Source of the DNA: Eubacteriales bacterium
GTDB taxonomy: Bacteria > Bacillota > Clostridia > Oscillospirales > UBA644
NCBI GenBank assembly: GCA_045543655.1
Contig: JAZPXN010000068.1
Location: forward strand, 19,407-83,406
Direction of reading: 5' to 3'
Length of the DNA stretch: 64,000 nucleotides
Made by a program: the position numbers and the translations under genes. Within the stretch, counting starts at the first letter, position 1. Each line of letters starts with the position of its first letter. Shown piece by piece: positions 60,395 to 64,000 of this stretch. The notes beneath the pieces were generated by a model. That model did not search any database. It had not been told where the DNA came from and worked only from the letters and a program-made list of their open reading frames with translations.

Positions 60395-60968
60395 AAGGCA
60401 ACTCCTTGATATCATTCAAAAATTCTTCCCGAGTCCGCAAATAATTGAGGATTTCGGAAAACTTCCGGGGCGAAAGATGGGAAGGCAATCCCAATCGCTC
60501 CTGATAAATCCTACGAAGAGCGGAGCTGTTGGGTCTTCCGAGAAGACCGGCAGCATACAGATCGGCATTGGTAATGAGGTCTCCTTTTTCCCGTTCCGGC
60601 ACGGAAGCAAAGGATAATATTTCCGTCAACACCTCTTCGGTCATTCCCTCCACCCCGAGTTTTCCTTCCGCAGAGGGGTGCTGCTTCCGCTTTTCTTTTC
60701 CGTAGAGATCCGGAATATAAGCGTTGCGGATATATTCCGGGCCGATCGCTCCGATGAGATAATTGCGGATGGCCATCCCGGCACGGTCGGAATCGGTCAG
60801 AAGGATTAACCCTTTCTGCCGGGCAAGGGTCCGCAGGGTATTCAGTTTTTCATCGTCGCAAAAAATACCGAAACCACCGGTCTCCATAATTACCCCGTCG
60901 ACGATACGGGACAATGCGATGCGGTCGTATTTTCCTTCCACCACGATGACCCTGTCCACCCGGATCAT
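60384..60968 (-). CDS. rnmV: Toprim-domain ribonuclease M5-like protein (DUF4093 C-terminus)
   Basis: IVVEGKYD, LTDSDRAG..IR, GVEG, DL...GL.G...S..RR. Confidence 0.8.
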   Translation of the reverse strand: MIRVDRVIVVEGKYDRIALSRIVDGVIMETGGFGIFCDDEKLNTLRTLARQKGLILLTDSDRAGMAIRNYLIGAIGPEYIRNAYIPDLYGKEKRKQHPSAEGKLGVEGMTEEVLTEILSFASVPEREKGDLITNADLYAAGLLGRPNSSALRRIYQERLGLPSHLSPRKFSEILNYLRTREEFLNDIKELPYEV

Positions 60969-61969
60969 AAAATCTCCAAGGCTTCGGTAAGAAGCCGGAC
61001 CACCAGAACCTCCGCATCCACCGAAGTGGATTTACATTGAACGTCGATCTCAGAACAGACCTCGATGAGGCGATCCAGGCGCTCCGGAGGAATCTTCTTA
61101 AGATAACCGGCGTAGCGACGGATCAGAAAGCCCTGCTTGATTCCCGTCAGAGCGATCATTTCCTTTTCCGGAAGAGAGACGCCTTCCAGCTCCTTCAATC
61201 GGTAAAGCCCGGCAAAACAGGAAAACAAAGAACCCAAAATCATCTGCGGAGGGGTTTTCAGAGCGCGCAGATCGCTCCACAGCGCAAATACTTTGTCGGA
61301 ATCCTTTTGCAGAATCAGATCGTTCAATTCATAGGCACGGGCCTGAACGGTCTTGACGCAGAGCTTTTCCAGCGCCTCACGGGAAACGGCGCCGTTGCCG
61401 CAGTAAACGGCAATTTTATCAATCTCGGTCAGCATGGATTCCATATTCCGCTCTTCCACGGATAGAAAATAAGCGACCTCGGAAGCGCCGATCGTACATC
61501 CCCGGCGCTGAAACTGCTGGGTAACCCAACGGGCGAGGGTATTATCGTCCACCGTGCGGATTTCCACGAACAGTCCGTCTCTGTCGATCCGCTTTTTCAA
61601 CGCCTTATATCCCCCGGTGCGAGCGTCCGGGACCTCGGTCTGCTGATAGACGATGACCACCGTGTCCTCCGGGATCTCGCAATCATCCCCGGACAGAAAC
61701 TCCGAAACGGGAGACGACGTGGAAAGATCGTTGATCATTAACGCTTTATATTCGCCCAAGGGAAACAACCACAGCTCTTCGGAAAAGACGTCAACGGTCA
61801 GCTCTTTCCCCTCGTACCGGTGCAGATCCGTATCTGCATTATCAGGTAAAAGGGCGCCAATCAGAGAATTAAGATAAAACCGCTTCAGATAGGGTTCCGG
61901 CCCGCAGAAATAGTAGAGGCGGCGAAAGGAACGGGTATCGATATCGTTCTTCAGAGCATCAAGACTCAT
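60965..61969 (-). CDS. holA: DNA polymerase III subunit delta
   Basis: LYYFCGPEPYL, D.R, EIDK; typical comEC-holA gene order. Confidence 0.85.
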   Translation of the reverse strand: MSLDALKNDIDTRSFRRLYYFCGPEPYLKRFYLNSLIGALLPDNADTDLHRYEGKELTVDVFSEELWLFPLGEYKALMINDLSTSSPVSEFLSGDDCEIPEDTVVIVYQQTEVPDARTGGYKALKKRIDRDGLFVEIRTVDDNTLARWVTQQFQRRGCTIGASEVAYFLSVEERNMESMLTEIDKIAVYCGNGAVSREALEKLCVKTVQARAYELNDLILQKDSDKVFALWSDLRALKTPPQMILGSLFSCFAGLYRLKELEGVSLPEKEMIALTGIKQGFLIRRYAGYLKKIPPERLDRLIEVCSEIDVQCKSTSVDAEVLVVRLLTEALEIL

Positions 61970-64000
61970 TTGCCGTATGAACCTCCATATTCTGCCCGTC
62001 GGAACGGACGATTACGGTGGACATGGTATCCGTCCGGAACAACTCCGCACCCGTCTCGGCAATGCGGAGCAAAGCCTCCTGCGTGGGATGTCCGTAATTG
62101 TTCTTCGCCCCCACCGAAATCACGGCGTAGACGGGGGAGCATGCCTGCAGAAAGGTGTCGCAGGACGAAGATTTCGACCCATGATGGGGCACCGATAAAA
62201 CGTCGCAGTCCAGCCCGTTTCCATAGGCGGAAACGAGACGTCTCTCTGCCTTCGAGGTAATATCTCCGGTAAACATTGCCCGGAAATTCCCGTATTCACA
62301 AAGGCCGACGATGGAGTTTTCATTCTGATCGTCGGAGGTGGGATCGAGATGCTTTGTCAAAAGGCGCAACGTAGCCTCACCAAGGGTACGGACGGTATCT
62401 TCCTCGATCACCGTAAGCTCTGCGCCTTCTTCGGCGGCAAGGGCCGTGATCTTAGCGTATAAACCGGCGTCGCCTTCCGTATAGGGAATGATGATCTCCA
62501 GAATCTCCTTTTCGGCGCACAGATCTTCAAGCCCGTTGGCGTGATCGTCGTGAAGATGGGAGATCAAAACGAATTTTACGGTATCGATCCCGACCTGCGT
62601 CAAGTAATCCGCCGCAACCAGTCCGGGGTCCTTCGTACCGCCGCAATCCACGACGCAGGCTTCGTCACCAAATACGTTCACGAAACAGTTCCCCTGCCCC
62701 ACGTCGAGAAAAGCCGTCTGCAAAACGCCTTCTGTAGGAGAAACGTCCCCGACGGTAGCGTCAGAGGAAGCAGATTCCGCAGCTTGATAAGCCGTTAAAA
62801 GTGCAATTGCAAGAAGAACCAACGCAAGCCCACGCCCAACCAAATTTTTTCGGGCTTTCTTTTTGGTCGTCTTTACGGCGGGCAGGAAGAACAACAGCAC
62901 CGCCAAAAGAAGGCAAGCCCCCGCAACGATCCATTTCAGCGCAGGAGGCACAGTCTCCACCATATCCATAAATTCCACCGCAAAACCGGCAAGATAAGTC
63001 ATGTATTTCACCCCATATCGAATAATTTCCCCGATCCAGCCGCATAAAAACGAAAGGAACGGGAGAAGAGAGAGCAACAGAAGGATCAGCGCCCCAAAGA
63101 AGCAGACCTCCAGTACCGGCAAAACCACCGGCGAAAGATAGACCGACCAGACGGAATAAGAATCAAAAAAGATCCACATCAGAGGAAGCGTCAGCAAAAA
63201 CGCCGCCACCGACACGCAGGACAGAGAGATCAGATTCCGCAGAACGGAACCGCAAATAACGTGAAAACGCTGAAACAGCCACATTACCGCAGCCTTCGTA
63301 AAGGGCGTTCCGAACAGAAGGATCCCCAACGCGGCCGCAAAGGACAGCTGAAAGGAAAGCGACAGGATGGCGTAAGGACGGAACAGAAGAATCAACACGG
63401 CGGCGATCCCCAGTCGGTTAAAGGGATCGGAGCCAAGTGCAAGCCATTCGCCGATGAACAGCACTGCATTCATAATTACCGCCCGACAAACCGAGGGAGT
63501 AAATCCGGAAAAGAGCAGAATGACGAATAAAATCAAAAGGGAAGCAAGCATCCGAATATGCAGATTCCGAACACCGCGGAGCAAAAACAGAACGAAGGCA
63601 ACGAAGATCGAAACGTGAAGCCCGGAAACGGCAACGATATGAACCATTCCGGTCTCGGTCAGAACGTCACGGTGTTCCTCCGTAAGAACCCCATCGTTCC
63701 CGGTCAGAACTGCGGTCATAAAACCGCCTTCCTCAAGGCCAATATATCGAACCAGTATCCGGTGGGTATAGCGACGGATCGCCCCGGAAACCGAATAGAA
63801 CGAGAGGGACGCTTCCGTATACTCTACCTGGTCTTCCGGTGTGTTCAGCGTTGCCGACAGCGCGATTCCCTCGCCGTAATTCCCACGCTGATGCTCCTGC
63901 TCAACGGTGTGAAAGCTGAACTTCGCAGTAACCGTTCCTCCGGCTTCGGAAAACTTTTTCTCACTGAAAAAGACGAACTTCTGCCGAAACACCTGCCGTG
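61959..64000 (-). CDS. comEC: ComEC/Rec2 competence protein (5'-truncated by the window edge)
   Basis: Competence domain HIVAVSGLH, SVCRA, SFQLSF; beta-lactamase-like domain FLDVGQG, SHLHDDH, NENS, TGD, HHGS, YGHP. Confidence 0.93.
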   Translation of the reverse strand, partial: RQVFRQKFVFFSEKKFSEAGGTVTAKFSFHTVEQEHQRGNYGEGIALSATLNTPEDQVEYTEASLSFYSVSGAIRRYTHRILVRYIGLEEGGFMTAVLTGNDGVLTEEHRDVLTETGMVHIVAVSGLHVSIFVAFVLFLLRGVRNLHIRMLASLLILFVILLFSGFTPSVCRAVIMNAVLFIGEWLALGSDPFNRLGIAAVLILLFRPYAILSLSFQLSFAAALGILLFGTPFTKAAVMWLFQRFHVICGSVLRNLISLSCVSVAAFLLTLPLMWIFFDSYSVWSVYLSPVVLPVLEVCFFGALILLLLSLLPFLSFLCGWIGEIIRYGVKYMTYLAGFAVEFMDMVETVPPALKWIVAGACLLLAVLLFFLPAVKTTKKKARKNLVGRGLALVLLAIALLTAYQAAESASSDATVGDVSPTEGVLQTAFLDVGQGNCFVNVFGDEACVVDCGGTKDPGLVAADYLTQVGIDTVKFVLISHLHDDHANGLEDLCAEKEILEIIIPYTEGDAGLYAKITALAAEEGAELTVIEEDTVRTLGEATLRLLTKHLDPTSDDQNENSIVGLCEYGNFRAMFTGDITSKAERRLVSAYGNGLDCDVLSVPHHGSKSSSCDTFLQACSPVYAVISVGAKNNYGHPTQEALLRIAETGAELFRTDTMSTVIVRSDGQNMEVHTANES

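Overview
64 kb of chromosomal backbone from a spore-forming, anaerobic Clostridia-class Firmicute (spoIIGA-sigE, spoVT, nfnAB, CIRCE/hrcA; probably Oscillospirales-like, by inference). It is mostly housekeeping: uvrBA-trmO-nfnAB, rny, tRNA-Met and tRNA-Glu, cdaA-cdaR, citrate synthase, gdhA, recA-recX-rimO-pgsA-cysE-cysS-recG, hrcA-grpE-dnaK-dnaJ and comEC-holA-rnmV-femAB. I see no integrase, transposase, prophage or CRISPR array. The best candidates for undescribed biology are: (1) a stand-alone CARF + PD-(D/E)XK nuclease (Card1/Can2/DUF1887-like) with no cas or oligoadenylate-cyclase gene in the window, directly upstream of an HssRS-like two-component system; (2) next to it, a DegV(FakB)-DAK2(FakA)-PlsY-'acyl-CoA dehydratase activase' operon whose promoter has an 11-bp-spaced direct repeat in place of a -35 box; (3) a degenerate Spo0A paralog at the position usually held by sigG, overlapping sigE tail-to-tail; (4) a membrane-anchored YD-repeat protein with no toxin or immunity module; (5) a polysaccharide deacetylase that looks catalytically dead. 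PgsA and DnaK also carry residue-level oddities. All product calls come from motif recognition by eye; no database searches were run.
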